A stretch of 63,728 nt of DNA, counting the filler, from Thraustochytrium aureum (taxonomy: Eukaryota), in assembly GCA_012862495.1 (NCBI GenBank). It is 4 parts of 3 records of this genome, joined end to end, with 100 filler letters (N's around TTAATTAATTAA, not from the genome) between each part and the next. Parts side by side here need not be neighbours in the genome. Positions count along the whole stretch, not along the records: positions 13,488 to 44,600 come from BLSG01000375.1; positions 44,701 to 61,648 come from BLSG01000375.1; 2 more parts are not named here. The stretch is one strand, 5' to 3'. A program made the translations under genes and the position numbers. Below, in pieces: positions 35,014 to 45,428 of this stretch. Within the stretch, counting starts at the first letter, position 1. Every line of letters begins with the position of its first letter. Below the pieces are notes generated by a model. That model was given only the letters and a program-made list of their open reading frames with translations. It had not been told where the DNA came from and made no database searches.

Positions 35014-36144
35014 ATGAGCGGCACAGCGGTGGTGGTCAGCGCGCCCTCGCAGGCAGCGGAAGCCAAAGCGGCGCGCAGTCTGCCGCTCCTTTCGGCGCCT
35101 ACGCGCTGTGATTTGCCGCTGCAAGCTGCACCAGTCCCCGACAAAGGCAACGGCGGAGCAGACGGCGGCGGCGGAACTGGACATGCGGCAGGGCCGTGCA
35201 CCACGGAGACGCCGAGAGGCGCGGAGGAGCCGCCCTGTGACAGGGGGGAGTTCGAGTGGCTAACCTCGTTCTCGAGCTATGAGAGGCTCTTTCGCGACGC
35301 GCTTGCCGCGGCCGAGATGGCCCCTGGCTCGTTGCGCGCTCTTGTGCTCGGGTGCGGGACGTCGCGCCTGTCAGTTGACTTGGCCGACGCGGGAATCTGT
35401 GCTGAGGTTGTCTCGCTCGATATCAGCAGCGAGTGCATTCTTGCAATGCGGGCGCGATACGCCGGCAGCCACGGCCACATGCTGAGATGGGAAACATGCG
35501 ACGTGAACGACCCGGCTGACGTTGAGAGCGTCCTTGGGGGCGAGCGGTTCGACCTCGTCGTTGACAAAGCGACCTTGGAAGCCATGCTTTGCGACGAAGA
35601 CTGTGCGGGGTACCTGCACACTGTGGCACGGTACGTGCGTTGTGGTGGAGCATTTCTTTATCTAAGTCTCTACCCCGAGGCCTTCCTTCGGCCCCTGTTG
35701 AGCTTCGAATCGGGCAGGGCTTTCAAGCTATCTTGCATCGAGTTCGACGCTCAAGGCGTCACCCGGACGTTCGCGGCCCTCGCCGACACCTCCAGTCGGT
35801 GCGCTAGCGCCTGCTGCTCATGCCGCGAGACCGAGCCCAATTTGGCGGCTCTCAGGGATCACATCAAGCGCGTCGTGGAGTGGTACCATACCGAGGAACG
35901 GCCGCTCCTGTCCAGTGAGCGGGAGACCGACCTCCGTGCGCGGTTCGCAGAGTGTGTGTCGAAGAGCGCCTCTGAAAGCCTCCCGCTCCATGTCGCATTC
36001 GAGATCATGTTCACCTGGCTTGAGCGGCAAGACTACACATTTGCCGACTTTATGCTGGACTGCCAAGCAAACGAGGCACACCGCGCTGACGCGACCGCGC
36101 TGTCCGCGGAGGAGGCGGTCGCGTTTCTTCGGGCGAACCAATGA
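35014..36144 (+). CDS. Class I SAM-dependent methyltransferase, EEF1AKMT4/METTL13-like
   Basis: FEW, motif I LVLGCGTS, DISS, FDLVVDKATLEA. Confidence 0.85.
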   Translation: MSGTAVVVSAPSQAAEAKAARSLPLLSAPTRCDLPLQAAPVPDKGNGGADGGGGTGHAAGPCTTETPRGAEEPPCDRGEFEWLTSFSSYERLFRDALAAAEMAPGSLRALVLGCGTSRLSVDLADAGICAEVVSLDISSECILAMRARYAGSHGHMLRWETCDVNDPADVESVLGGERFDLVVDKATLEAMLCDEDCAGYLHTVARYVRCGGAFLYLSLYPEAFLRPLLSFESGRAFKLSCIEFDAQGVTRTFAALADTSSRCASACCSCRETEPNLAALRDHIKRVVEWYHTEERPLLSSERETDLRARFAECVSKSASESLPLHVAFEIMFTWLERQDYTFADFMLDCQANEAHRADATALSAEEAVAFLRANQ

Positions 36145-36257
36145 GAGCAAGGTTCAGAGTTGCGCCGACTACGAGGGCGGGCGCGCTCCGCGAACAGCGC
36201 TTTGCCGTCCCTGGATGCATCATCATTTGATGGCCGGCCAGGCCAGGTCGGGTCAGG

Positions 36258-36836
36258 TCAGTGGCAGGACCTGCCATACCGCTTGAGGCGCCAGTAGTTG
36301 TAAGGCAGGGGCGCTAGAAACCCGCTCGCCAGCATAGGGGCCATTGCCCAGGCTTGGAGTTGGAGCCCACCGGTGAGCAAATAGTCTGTGGCTTCCATGC
36401 TAACCTCCATCATCACCATCGAAATAAAGCTCATGCCCATCGCTGTTCGGAATGCGTCAGGAACCGCGAGCTTGGACGGTCCTCGGGCCAGGATCGCCGT
36501 CTCCAAGGCAACCGAGGTTGCGAGTCCGTTGATCACTGGGAGCGCGACAGTCAGGGCTGAGGGCTCCACAACACCGGCGAGCTGGAAGGCGCCAATTGTG
36601 GAGAACTCGCCGATCGAGCAGCCTAGTAAGCACCAGCTCGTGTTTATCGCGGCGCGCTTCCACGTGTGCCGGCAACGCCAGTGAAACGTGGGCTTCGGCG
36701 CTTCCTTTTCTGGGGGCCCACCGTTTGCTTGGCTGCTCAAGCTCTCCCTGCGGCCCGCACGAGCCAGGGAGGTCCGCGCGAACAGCCCGCTCCTGGTCTG
36801 TAGCAGCGCGCGCCCCGCCCTCGCCGAGGAGAGCAT
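36258..36836 (-). CDS. DUF4396-family membrane protein with a probable mitochondrial presequence
   Basis: NTSWCLLGCSIGEF, AMGMSFISMVMME, GFLAPLPYNYWRLK...CH; Arg/Ser/Ala-rich N-terminus. Confidence 0.75.
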   Translation of the reverse strand: MLSSARAGRALLQTRSGLFARTSLARAGRRESLSSQANGGPPEKEAPKPTFHWRCRHTWKRAAINTSWCLLGCSIGEFSTIGAFQLAGVVEPSALTVALPVINGLATSVALETAILARGPSKLAVPDAFRTAMGMSFISMVMMEVSMEATDYLLTGGLQLQAWAMAPMLASGFLAPLPYNYWRLKRYGRSCH

Positions 36837-37196
36837 GCTGGCAGGGAGGTGCTCCTCCACTGCAGTCCGTCTCTATGTAGGTCCTCTACCTCCCTGTCGC
36901 CTCCTGAGCGCGCTCCCTGTTCGCAGTTGGGGTCTGCCAGGGGACTCTGTCTGTCTGCAAGTCCGAGTCGCTCGTGGTCACTCCTGCTGCTGCCTCGGAG
37001 GCCAGCGGAGTACAACCTCTACCTCCCCGCTCGACTCTTACTGCTCCGTCAGGCTCGCGGCGCGNNNNNNNNNNNNNNNNNNNNNNNNNNNNNNNNNNNN
37101 NNNNNNNNNNNNNNNNNNNNNNNNNNNNNNNNNNNNNNNNNNNNNNNNNNNNNNNNNNNNNNNNNNNNNNNNNNNNNNNNNNNNNNNNNNNNNNNN

Positions 37197-37841
37197 CGAA
37201 CAGCCTTCGCACAAAGGCGCCATTGCCTGCAGTGGTTGCGCGAGCTTCTCGGTCTGGGCGAGAGCCACGACGAGTACGCGACGGTGGACAGCACGCGAAT
37301 CCAGGTCGAGAGCTTGGGCGACGAGGACGAGGAAGAGTGGAGGGACGACTGGGACGACGCAGAGAGTGCCGAGGAACCGCGCGACCTCGCGCTAGGAGAC
37401 CGCAGCCCAGACCCCGCCCTTGACGAGGACGAGAGCCTCGCCCACGAGCTGGAGCTTGAGCTGGGGAAGATAGCTGCGGCGACCGGCGCCAAAGAGCCAG
37501 CTGCCGAGGCGATCTCCAAGCTCGCGCCGCCACGAGACGCGCAGCGCGCCGCTTTGGTTGACCTGGAGGTGAGCGCCGCAAGCGCGGGGGCGCAAAGCGT
37601 TGACCTCTTTCAATCACTGGGAATGAACGCGGAGCCAAGCAAGATTGTGGCAACGAAACGGTTCGCGGCGCGGCCCTCCTCGCAAGAGTCTGCCGACGCG
37701 GCGGCGTCTGTCAGCCCGCTCGCGCAAGCAGCGGCGGCTGCTGCGGCGTTCTCCGACGAGGACGACGGCGCGTGGTCTGCAGGCGACGAAGACGACCTGG
37801 AAATGGACGGGCTCGACCTCGACGCCTACCTGGACTCGTAG
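37197..37841 (+). CDS. Acidic, disordered hypothetical protein; 5' end lies in or before the gap
   Basis: Open frame with D/E-rich composition (EEWRDDWDD...WSAGDEDDL). Confidence 0.55.
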   Translation, partial: RTAFAQRRHCLQWLRELLGLGESHDEYATVDSTRIQVESLGDEDEEEWRDDWDDAESAEEPRDLALGDRSPDPALDEDESLAHELELELGKIAAATGAKEPAAEAISKLAPPRDAQRAALVDLEVSAASAGAQSVDLFQSLGMNAEPSKIVATKRFAARPSSQESADAAASVSPLAQAAAAAAAFSDEDDGAWSAGDEDDLEMDGLDLDAYLDS

Positions 37842-38321
37842 GCGGCGCATCGCGGTGGCCGGCGGCCAATACGTACATTCGTACCCTGATCCCTTTGTTC
37901 TTGACAGTGTGAAATCATCCAAGATGATGTGAGGCCCAATCTCCTTCCTTCCTTCCTTCCTTTGGTCGCCTTTTTGTCGCTTTTTCGCCAACAACCACCG
38001 AGCAGCACGCAGAGCAGACCCGCGTAGCGTAGACCCGCGCAGTGGGCGGCAAGCGTGCAGCCACACGGGAGACCCTAGGAGCCTCCACGCAGCGCCCCAA
38101 GCGCGCACAGGGGCTGCCCGGCATACGAGGGCGAGCGGCCGCGCACCGTCCGGCGCCTGCCCACACACAAGAGCCCAAGCCCCGGCCCGCAGTCGCGCCA
38201 CATCAAGCTTTGCTCACCTTGCCGGGCGAGCTCGCGCTGTGGAGAGGAGGGCCGGTGGGGGCGCGCTTCCGTAGGCGGGCGGCGGCTGCAGGCAGGCAGA
38301 CAGGCGGGCAGCCAGGCCAAG

Positions 38322-39655
38322 ATGCCGACGAAGCGCGTGTCGTACTTTTACGACAGCGAGATAGGCAACTTTCACTATGGGGAGGGGCACCCAATGAAGC
38401 CGCACCGCGTGCGCATGGCGCACCATCTGATTGTGGGCTACGGTCTGTACAAAGACATGGACTTTTTCCGGCCGCCGCTGATCAAGCAGGCTGAGATCAC
38501 GCGGTTCCACTCGGACGACTATGTCAACTTTCTGCGCATGGTAACGCCAGACAACATGAGCCAGTACATGCGCCAGCTGCAGCGGTGTACGTTTCGCTTG
38601 CTTTTGGCTTGGTTGCTTGCTGTTGGCCCCGCTCTTGGCTTGCATGATGGCGGCAGCGAGGCTCACGAGACCGCTCGGCGCTCCTCGCAGTTAACGTGGG
38701 CGAGGACTGCCCCGTGTTCGACGACCTGTTCAACTATGTGCAAATCTACTCGAGCGGTAGCGTGGGCGGCGCCAAGCGGCTTAACGCCAAGGCCAGCGAC
38801 GTCGTGATCAACTGGTCCGGCGGCCTCCACCACGCCAAAAAGTCTGAGGCCTCTGGGTTTTGCTACGTGAACGACTGCGTGCTGGCCATCTTGGAGCTCC
38901 TCAAGTACCACCAGCGCGTGCTCTACATCGACATCGACATCCACCACGGGGACGGCGTCGAGGAGGCCTTGTAAGTTCTATTTCTCTGGTGCTGCACGGG
39001 AGCTGGTGCGCCGCTCTCCGCGGAGGTGGTGTCATCGTGCGTGCGGGGCTGCCTGCCATCGCGGCGATTGCTGACCCTCTCGAGTTCGCAGCTACACGAC
39101 AAACAGGGTCATGACGTGCAGCTTCCACAAGTACGGCGACTTTTTCCCGCACACCGGCGACTGGAAGGACTATGGCGTCGGCAAAGGCAAAGGCTATGCC
39201 ATCAACTTTCCTCTGCAGGACGGTGTGGACGACGAGACCTTCGTGGGGCTTTTCGTCCCCGTCATCGACAAGATCTTTGAGCGGTTCGCCCCGGAAGCAG
39301 TTGTACTGCAGTGCGGCGCCGACTCCATCTCTGGCGATCGCCTGGGCTGCTTCAACCTGACGCTCAAAGGGCACGCTGCGGCCGTCAAGCACGTCCAAAG
39401 CAAAAACGTGCCGCTGCTCGTCCTGGGCGGGGGCGGATACACGATGCGCAACGTTGCGCGCTGCTGGACGTACGAAACCGCCGTGCTGCTTGGCAAGGAA
39501 GACATCGAGGACACCTTGCCGCACAACATGTACTTTGAGTACTTTGGACCCGACTACAGGCTGCACATCAACCCAAGCAACATGGAGAACAACAACTCGC
39601 CAAAGACGACGAGCTTCATCTTGCAAAAGCTGCAAGAGATCCTGGACGGCCTCGA
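38322..39655 (+). CDS. Class I histone deacetylase (RPD3/HDAC1-like); exons 38322-38586, 38691-38970 and 39092 onward (3' end lost)
   Basis: [59 protein letters not shown] introns 38587-38690 and 38971-39091 restore QRFNVGEDC and EEAFYTT. Confidence 0.95.
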
Positions 39656-39686
39656 TCGTATAACTTCGTATAATGTATGCTATACG
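39656..39686 (+). other. Residual 454 Titanium paired-end linker (partial loxP), a library artefact
   Basis: TCGTATAACTTCGTATAATGTATGCTATACG at a contig end, directly before Ns. Confidence 0.92.
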
Positions 39687-40373
39687 NNNNNNNNNNNNNN
39701 NNNNNNNNNNNNNNNNNNNNNNNNNNNNNNNNNNNNNNNNNNNNNNNNNNNNNNNNNNNNNNNNNNNNNNNNNNNNNNNNNNNNNNNNNNNNNNNNNNNN
39801 NNNNNNNNNNNNNNNNNNNNNNNNNNNNNNNNNNNNNNNNNNNNNNNNNNNNNNNNNNNNNNNNNNNNNNNNNNNNNNNNNNNNNNNNNNNNNNNNNNNN
39901 NNNNNNNNNNNNNNNNNNNNNNNNNNNNNNNNNNNNNNNNNNNNNNNNNNNNNNNNNNNNNNNNNNNNNNNNNNNNNNNNNNNNNNNNNNNNNNNNNNNN
40001 NNNNNNNNNNNNNNNNNNNNNNNNNNNNNNNNNNNNNNNNNNNNNNNNNNNNNNNNNNNNNNNNNNNNNNNNNNNNNNNNNNNNNNNNNNNNNNNNNNNN
40101 NNNNNNNNNNNNNNNNNNNNNNNNNNNNNNNNNNNNNNNNNNNNNNNNNNNNNNNNNNNNNNNNNNNNNNNNGTGGGTGCGAGCGCGTGCACCCGTCATG
40201 TGTTTCGAACCAAGCCATGAGGCACAGCGAAAGCCCTCTGCTTGCATACCACCCCGAGTACCCATCGTCAGTCTCGGCGCGCCTCGAGGCCTCCTGCGCG
40301 ACACCCAAGGCCCCTGCGACGACCGCCCCCAAGCCGCCCTACCCTTCGCAGAGCCAGCCCTCGACGAGCACAG

Positions 40374-41483
40374 ATGGCGCAAACCGGCTCGGCTGCGAGC
40401 GAGTTTGTTCGCCAGACGATGCCTCTCGTCGTTGGCGGCGAGGTTGTCGGCGTGCTGACGAGCGGGTCCAAGGCAAAACACGCGCAAGGAAGAGCTAAGG
40501 AGGGCTGCGTGGACCACCTGGGCAAAGCCGTCGAGCTTTCAGACCCGCGCTTCGAGCGCCTTCGGGTCGCACTGGAAAAGCTTGGCCGGACCGGCGCCTT
40601 GTACGCCGGCCTGCACCTTCTGACGCGCAAGGACCGCTCACCAATCTGGGTGGCCGCCTGCGCGAGCATGCTGCAGGCGTTGATGCAGCCCTTCGCCTGG
40701 AGCGTGTCGCTTTACTTTGCCTTGCGCGCAGCGAGCAACTGGCTGCGCAAGCAAGGCAAGGCGGTTCACCTGCACCCGGTCGCCATCTTTGCTTCGCATT
40801 GTCTGCACAATGACCTCTTGGTCAACCGCGCCGAGTGGGTAGAGCCGAGCTACCTCAGACTATGGCTCCGAACAACACCCGACTACCCCAAGCTCGATGG
40901 CTGGCTGGCCCATTTTTCGTCCACTCACGAACCACGGTATGCGGCTGACCAGGTGGGCGACGAGCGCCTGCGACGCATACCGGCAAATGTTGCGATATCG
41001 TTCCGTCGCCAGCTCCCGTTCGTGGCTGCGCTCTATGTGGTTCCGCATGTTTTGTTCTACAAGCGCACTCTCAAGCGCCACTTTGGAGAGTGGGCGGCAG
41101 GGGCCAAGTTTTGCGCTGGAGAGGCTGTTCGCGTTGGCAGGACCTCCCTCGTTCTGGCGCTGCTTCCGTACACGCTAACAGAGTTCCCATGTGTGTACGA
41201 CAAGGTCAAGCGGCTAATAGTCGCGAAGGGAGGCGAGGATGCCGCTGACGTCGAGCCTGCGGCGCGCGCTCCGCGCTTGCACGCACTCGTGACAGCCGTT
41301 GCAAGCACGGCTGTGTTTCTAGCCGAGCCCGAGGCCCGCCTCAACATGATGGTCGGCTATACATGGTGGCGCATCCTGGAGGCCTGGGCGCGCCGCGACC
41401 TCGTTTCTGCAAAGTCGCCTTCGAACGAGCGCGCGTTTGCCTGTGTTCTTGTCGGTTGTGCTGCAGGGTTCGCTTCGTCCTAG
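40374..41483 (+). CDS. Divergent TMEM135-like membrane protein
   Basis: SLYFALRA, PSYLRL, ALYVVPH, GRTSLVL and FLAEPEAR parallel the TMEM135 motifs of the gene at 20812-22143. Confidence 0.55.
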   Translation: MAQTGSAASEFVRQTMPLVVGGEVVGVLTSGSKAKHAQGRAKEGCVDHLGKAVELSDPRFERLRVALEKLGRTGALYAGLHLLTRKDRSPIWVAACASMLQALMQPFAWSVSLYFALRAASNWLRKQGKAVHLHPVAIFASHCLHNDLLVNRAEWVEPSYLRLWLRTTPDYPKLDGWLAHFSSTHEPRYAADQVGDERLRRIPANVAISFRRQLPFVAALYVVPHVLFYKRTLKRHFGEWAAGAKFCAGEAVRVGRTSLVLALLPYTLTEFPCVYDKVKRLIVAKGGEDAADVEPAARAPRLHALVTAVASTAVFLAEPEARLNMMVGYTWWRILEAWARRDLVSAKSPSNERAFACVLVGCAAGFASS

Positions 41484-41934
41484 GACCGCCTGGTGTGCAA
41501 GCGCACAAGTGAAATGGCGTTGCAGTGACTAGCACGCGTACGTTCGTTACAAGGGGTCTCTGGCTTGAGCGACATCGGGTGGACGCCGTAGGCGTCGGCC
41601 GCCTTGAACAGCAAGCGGGCGCGCTGTGCAAAACCCAGCTGCCCGCGCACTCCTCTGCCCAGTATTGCCTTATTCAGCTTGCTTTTTTTTAAAGTAAAAA
41701 CTCGTGCTCAACTCGTGCTCGAGACTTTCCACCCTGGCGCTTTCCCTCTAACCCTCGCCTCCGCGCGCGAGGTTCTACCAAACGGCCAGCCGGCAATGCC
41801 GTCGCACAGCTGACCAGTTAATCTCGCGCTCGCTCGCTCGCTCGCTCGGCAGCGCTCTCTCTCGAGCTCTAGTAGAGGGAGAGCACTCTCAGTAGAGCAG
41901 GACGAGAGCAGGGCGCAGCGACGCACCCAGCGCT

Positions 41935-42478
41935 TCATGCCTCCCGGCACGCACTGAGCGCTTCCATCATGTCCTTGCACTCGGAAAGCGAGCCCGACAT
42001 GCGCGCGCAGCTCGTAAACGCTTTCGACTGCGCCTCACACGGGTCTGGCGGAGGTCCCTCTGCATGCGCGGTCGCTCTTGCCTGGGTGATGGTTGGGCTA
42101 ACCAACATGGCCTCGATCTCCTTTATCGTCGACGCCTCCTGCCTGGCCATACTGTTCAACTCGGCAACGCGTCTCTGGCTCGCCTCGCGCAGAGCCTCTT
42201 GCTCGTCCCTCGCGCCGCGCATCAGGGCTTGCTCTGCCGTCTCGGCTCGGTCGCCCGCGTCGTGGTCTTCGGCGCCGCCGTCGCTCCCCTGGCCTTGCAG
42301 CTTGCGCACGAGGTCCGGCGAGAAGACCATGTTGAACCCCACTTTGGTGTCGTCAGGTTCGCGCGCCTCGCCGTCCTCTTGCTCGTCCTCTTGCTCGTCC
42401 TCCCACTCGTCTCCCTCGACGAAGGCTTGCTGGGGCCCTGCTCGGGCGGGCTCCCATCGTCGCCTGTCTGTGGGCTGG
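41935..42478 (-). CDS. Twin CX9C (CHCH) protein, MIC19/CHCHD3-like; start uncertain
   Basis: FSPDLVRKLQ, a coiled coil, then C-EAQSKAFTS-C and C-KDMMEALSA-C at the C-terminus. Confidence 0.65.
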
Positions 42479-43299
42479 NNNNNNNNNNNNNNNNNNNNNN
42501 NNNNNNNNNNNNNNNNNNNNNNNNNNNNNNNNNNNNNNNNNNNNNNNNNNNNNNNNNNNNNNNNNNNNNNNNNNNNNNNNNNNNNNNNNNNNNNNNNNNN
42601 NNNNNNNNNNNNNNNNNNNNNNNNNNNNNNNNNNNNNNNNNNNNNNNNNNNNNNNNNNNNNNNNNNNNNNNNNNNNNNNNNNNNNNNNNNNNNNNNNNNN
42701 NNNNNNNNNNNNNNNNNNNNNNNNNNNNNNNNNNNNNNNNNNNNNNNNNNNNNNNNNNNNNNNNNNNNNNNNGACCCCGAGGGGCCTTCTGCCTGCCGCC
42801 GCTTCCGGAGCCCTCGTGCTCTGCTCCCCTGCGCGCGCTCAGCTCCTCCGCTGCTCTGCCGCCTCCACCCAGCGCTTTTCCCGGGCGCAACCAACTCGGT
42901 CTGAGTGCGTGCAGCAAAAACATCATCATGTCGCATGAGGGTGCGAGCAGCGCTTTTGCACAGACAGCACGTGGCCAAGATGCCCAACGAACGCAAGGCG
43001 AGCGCAAGGCGAGCGCAAGGCGATTGCCGAGCGCGGATGCCCAGCGGACGAACCGCTGCGCGAGAAGGATCAGGTCAGACTTGCATTTTGGTTTTGTTCG
43101 GTCGTGGGAGGTATCCCTCAACCGCGGCAAGTGCTGCAAGGTCCAGTAGAGAACAGGCAGGTCGCCGAGCATGGGCTGGCAGTCGGGTATGTGCGGTACC
43201 CCGCGCTCGGACTCGAAACGCGGCGCTCCTCCGTACCGACCTCGCCTCGCCTCGCCAAGCATTTCGACTCACACTTTTCAACGCCAAAACATGGCCACA

Positions 43300-44419
43300 T
43301 CAGTCCAAGAGCGGCGTGACGGGTCTCCCGCTGTACGAGTAAGCAAAGCCGTTCTTCAGGTTCGGGGACAAGATGGAGAACGAGCACTCGAGGTTCTCGT
43401 TGACGAGCATGATTGCGCCGGCGTTGTCAAACTCGCCGCAATAGTTCGGCGCACTGAAGAGCGTCACAAGCTGGCGGTCCGCAAATAGCTCGTAGCCCGA
43501 CTCGACAACCTGGTGCGCACGGACGAGGAGGTCGAACCCGTTGGCTTTCAGGAACGTCTTGACGACATCCGCACCAAACGTGTACGATATGCCGCGGTCG
43601 GATTCCGCCCAGCCGGAAACGTCAGCGTCGGGGTCGCTCCACAAAAAATCGATCACCATGCCCTTGCTCGGGATCGGCAGTGGCCTCTCCAGGTCAGCTA
43701 TCTGATCGATCGACTGGAGGCTGGGGGAGAGGCCGCCGTGAATGCAAAAGATTTTCTCCTCCACCACGGCTGCAATCGGCAGCGTCGCGAAAAAGGCGAT
43801 GTAGGTGTCCCACATGGTCTGGCTGAACCGGCGGCGGCACTCTGCAAAGAAGCCGTAGACCCGGTTGATTGACTCGCACTCGTGGTTCCCTCGCAGGAGA
43901 AAGATGTGGTTGGGGAATCGCACCTTGAGCGAGAGCAACAGACTCATACACTCCAGGCCGTTGCGGCCACGGTCCACGTAGTCGCCGAGGAACAAGTAGC
44001 TCTGCTTGGGGGGGTAGCCACCCACGTCAAATATCCGCAGGAGGTCCAGGTACTGGCCGTGGATATCGCCCACAATCTGGATTGGGGCGCGCAGCCGAAG
44101 CAGTGTCGGCTGCTGCAGCGTGAGCTCGCTGGCGCGGTTCACCATCCAGGTCATGTCCGCGTCGCTGACATCAGTCTCGATTTCGCCAGAGCTTGTCACT
44201 TTAAACTCGAGGCATTGGCCTGTGATGCGCTCAGCGCGCTGGTAGTCTGAACGCGAAACTGCCGCCGTCAGCCAGGGCTTGTTCAACGCCGAATTCGGGG
44301 CGGGGCGGCCACTTACCTTCCGTCCGCGTGTCGGGTCCCTGCATTGCGGCTGTTGCTGGAGGCCCCCGTCGCTCGTCCGCGTGCGTGTCTGGCGGGTCCG
44401 CATCAACTGCAGCCGCCAT
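43300..44419 (-). CDS. Ser/Thr protein phosphatase PP1-type catalytic subunit; intron 44247-44316
   Basis: GDIHGQ, GDYVDRG, LRGNHE, HGGLSP, LWSDP, RAHQVV, SAPNYCGEFDN; a GTAAGT...CAG intron keeps the frame. Confidence 0.95.
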
Positions 44420-44600
44420 CGTGAGGCGGTGGTGGTGGTGGGTAAGGTTGTCAATCAAGCAAGACAAGAAAAGGGCACTTGCCCGTTGGCGACACCGGTC
44501 CCGTAGCAGGAGGCTCTGGGGCCCTGTGCGGGTGATAAACGCACGCCGCACAACTCTTCCAAACGGAGGACGACGCAACTCGGATGCGCCAGAGCACAGA

Positions 44601-44700
44601 NNNNNNNNNNNNNNNNNNNNNNNNNNNNNNNNNNNNNNNNNNNNTTAATTAATTAANNNNNNNNNNNNNNNNNNNNNNNNNNNNNNNNNNNNNNNNNNNN
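44601..44700. other. Artificial scaffold spacer N44-TTAATTAATTAA-N44
   Basis: Linker at 44645-44656. Confidence 0.95.
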
Positions 44701-44764
44701 CCAGGACCAGGAGCAAAAGCAGTGGCAGGAGGAGGAGGAGGAGGAGGGGCGCGGGGCTGGCGGG

Positions 44765-45100
44765 ATGGCGTATGTGCTCATGTGCTCGTTCAAGCCGCCA
44801 GCAGCGGCGGCCAACTTGCCGCGGTTGGTGTCCAAGTACGTGTCGCTGATGGTGAACAATGGCGCGATTGTGCGCGATGTGAAGAACAACGGGGTGCGGC
44901 GCATGGCGTATGAGTTTAAGCAGAAGGGCGACCCGGTCAGGTACAAGCACACGCACATGGTGTCCATCGAGTTTTTCTCGCGGCCCGAGGTGCTCGCTCC
45001 GCTGCAGGAGGAGCTCATGAAGGACGAGAGCCTGCTGCGCTACACGACGCTGCGCGCAGAGGAGACGATGCCCCGCATTCCCTATGAGAAGCGGGTCTGA
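44765..45100 (+). CDS. MRPS6: Mitochondrial ribosomal protein S6 (bS6m)
   Basis: NGAIVRDVKNNGVRRMAYEF...DESLLRY. Confidence 0.85.
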   Translation: MAYVLMCSFKPPAAAANLPRLVSKYVSLMVNNGAIVRDVKNNGVRRMAYEFKQKGDPVRYKHTHMVSIEFFSRPEVLAPLQEELMKDESLLRYTTLRAEETMPRIPYEKRV

Positions 45101-45428
45101 GGCTCCCAGAAGGGTCTGTTTTGCCTCCCCAACCATCTCGCTCGTCTCGTCTGGTTTTAAAGTGCTGCTCGGCGCGTGCCGCTCATTCTAGGTGCAGCCC
45201 AAGGCGGGCGAGAATGGGAGGGGAGGAAGAAAAGGTCGCATCGACTTGTGTATGGTATGGTACGGGGTGGTGGTAGATTGGGCCAGCGAAGGCCGGCAGG
45301 CAGGCAGGCAGGCAGACTGACAGGCTCGCTGGCAGTGGTTCAGCGTCGTCGTCGTCGTCGCTGCCGCCGCCGCCGCCGCTGCTGCTGCTGCACGAGCCGC
45401 CCCCCAACCCGATTGCTTCTTGGTCCAG

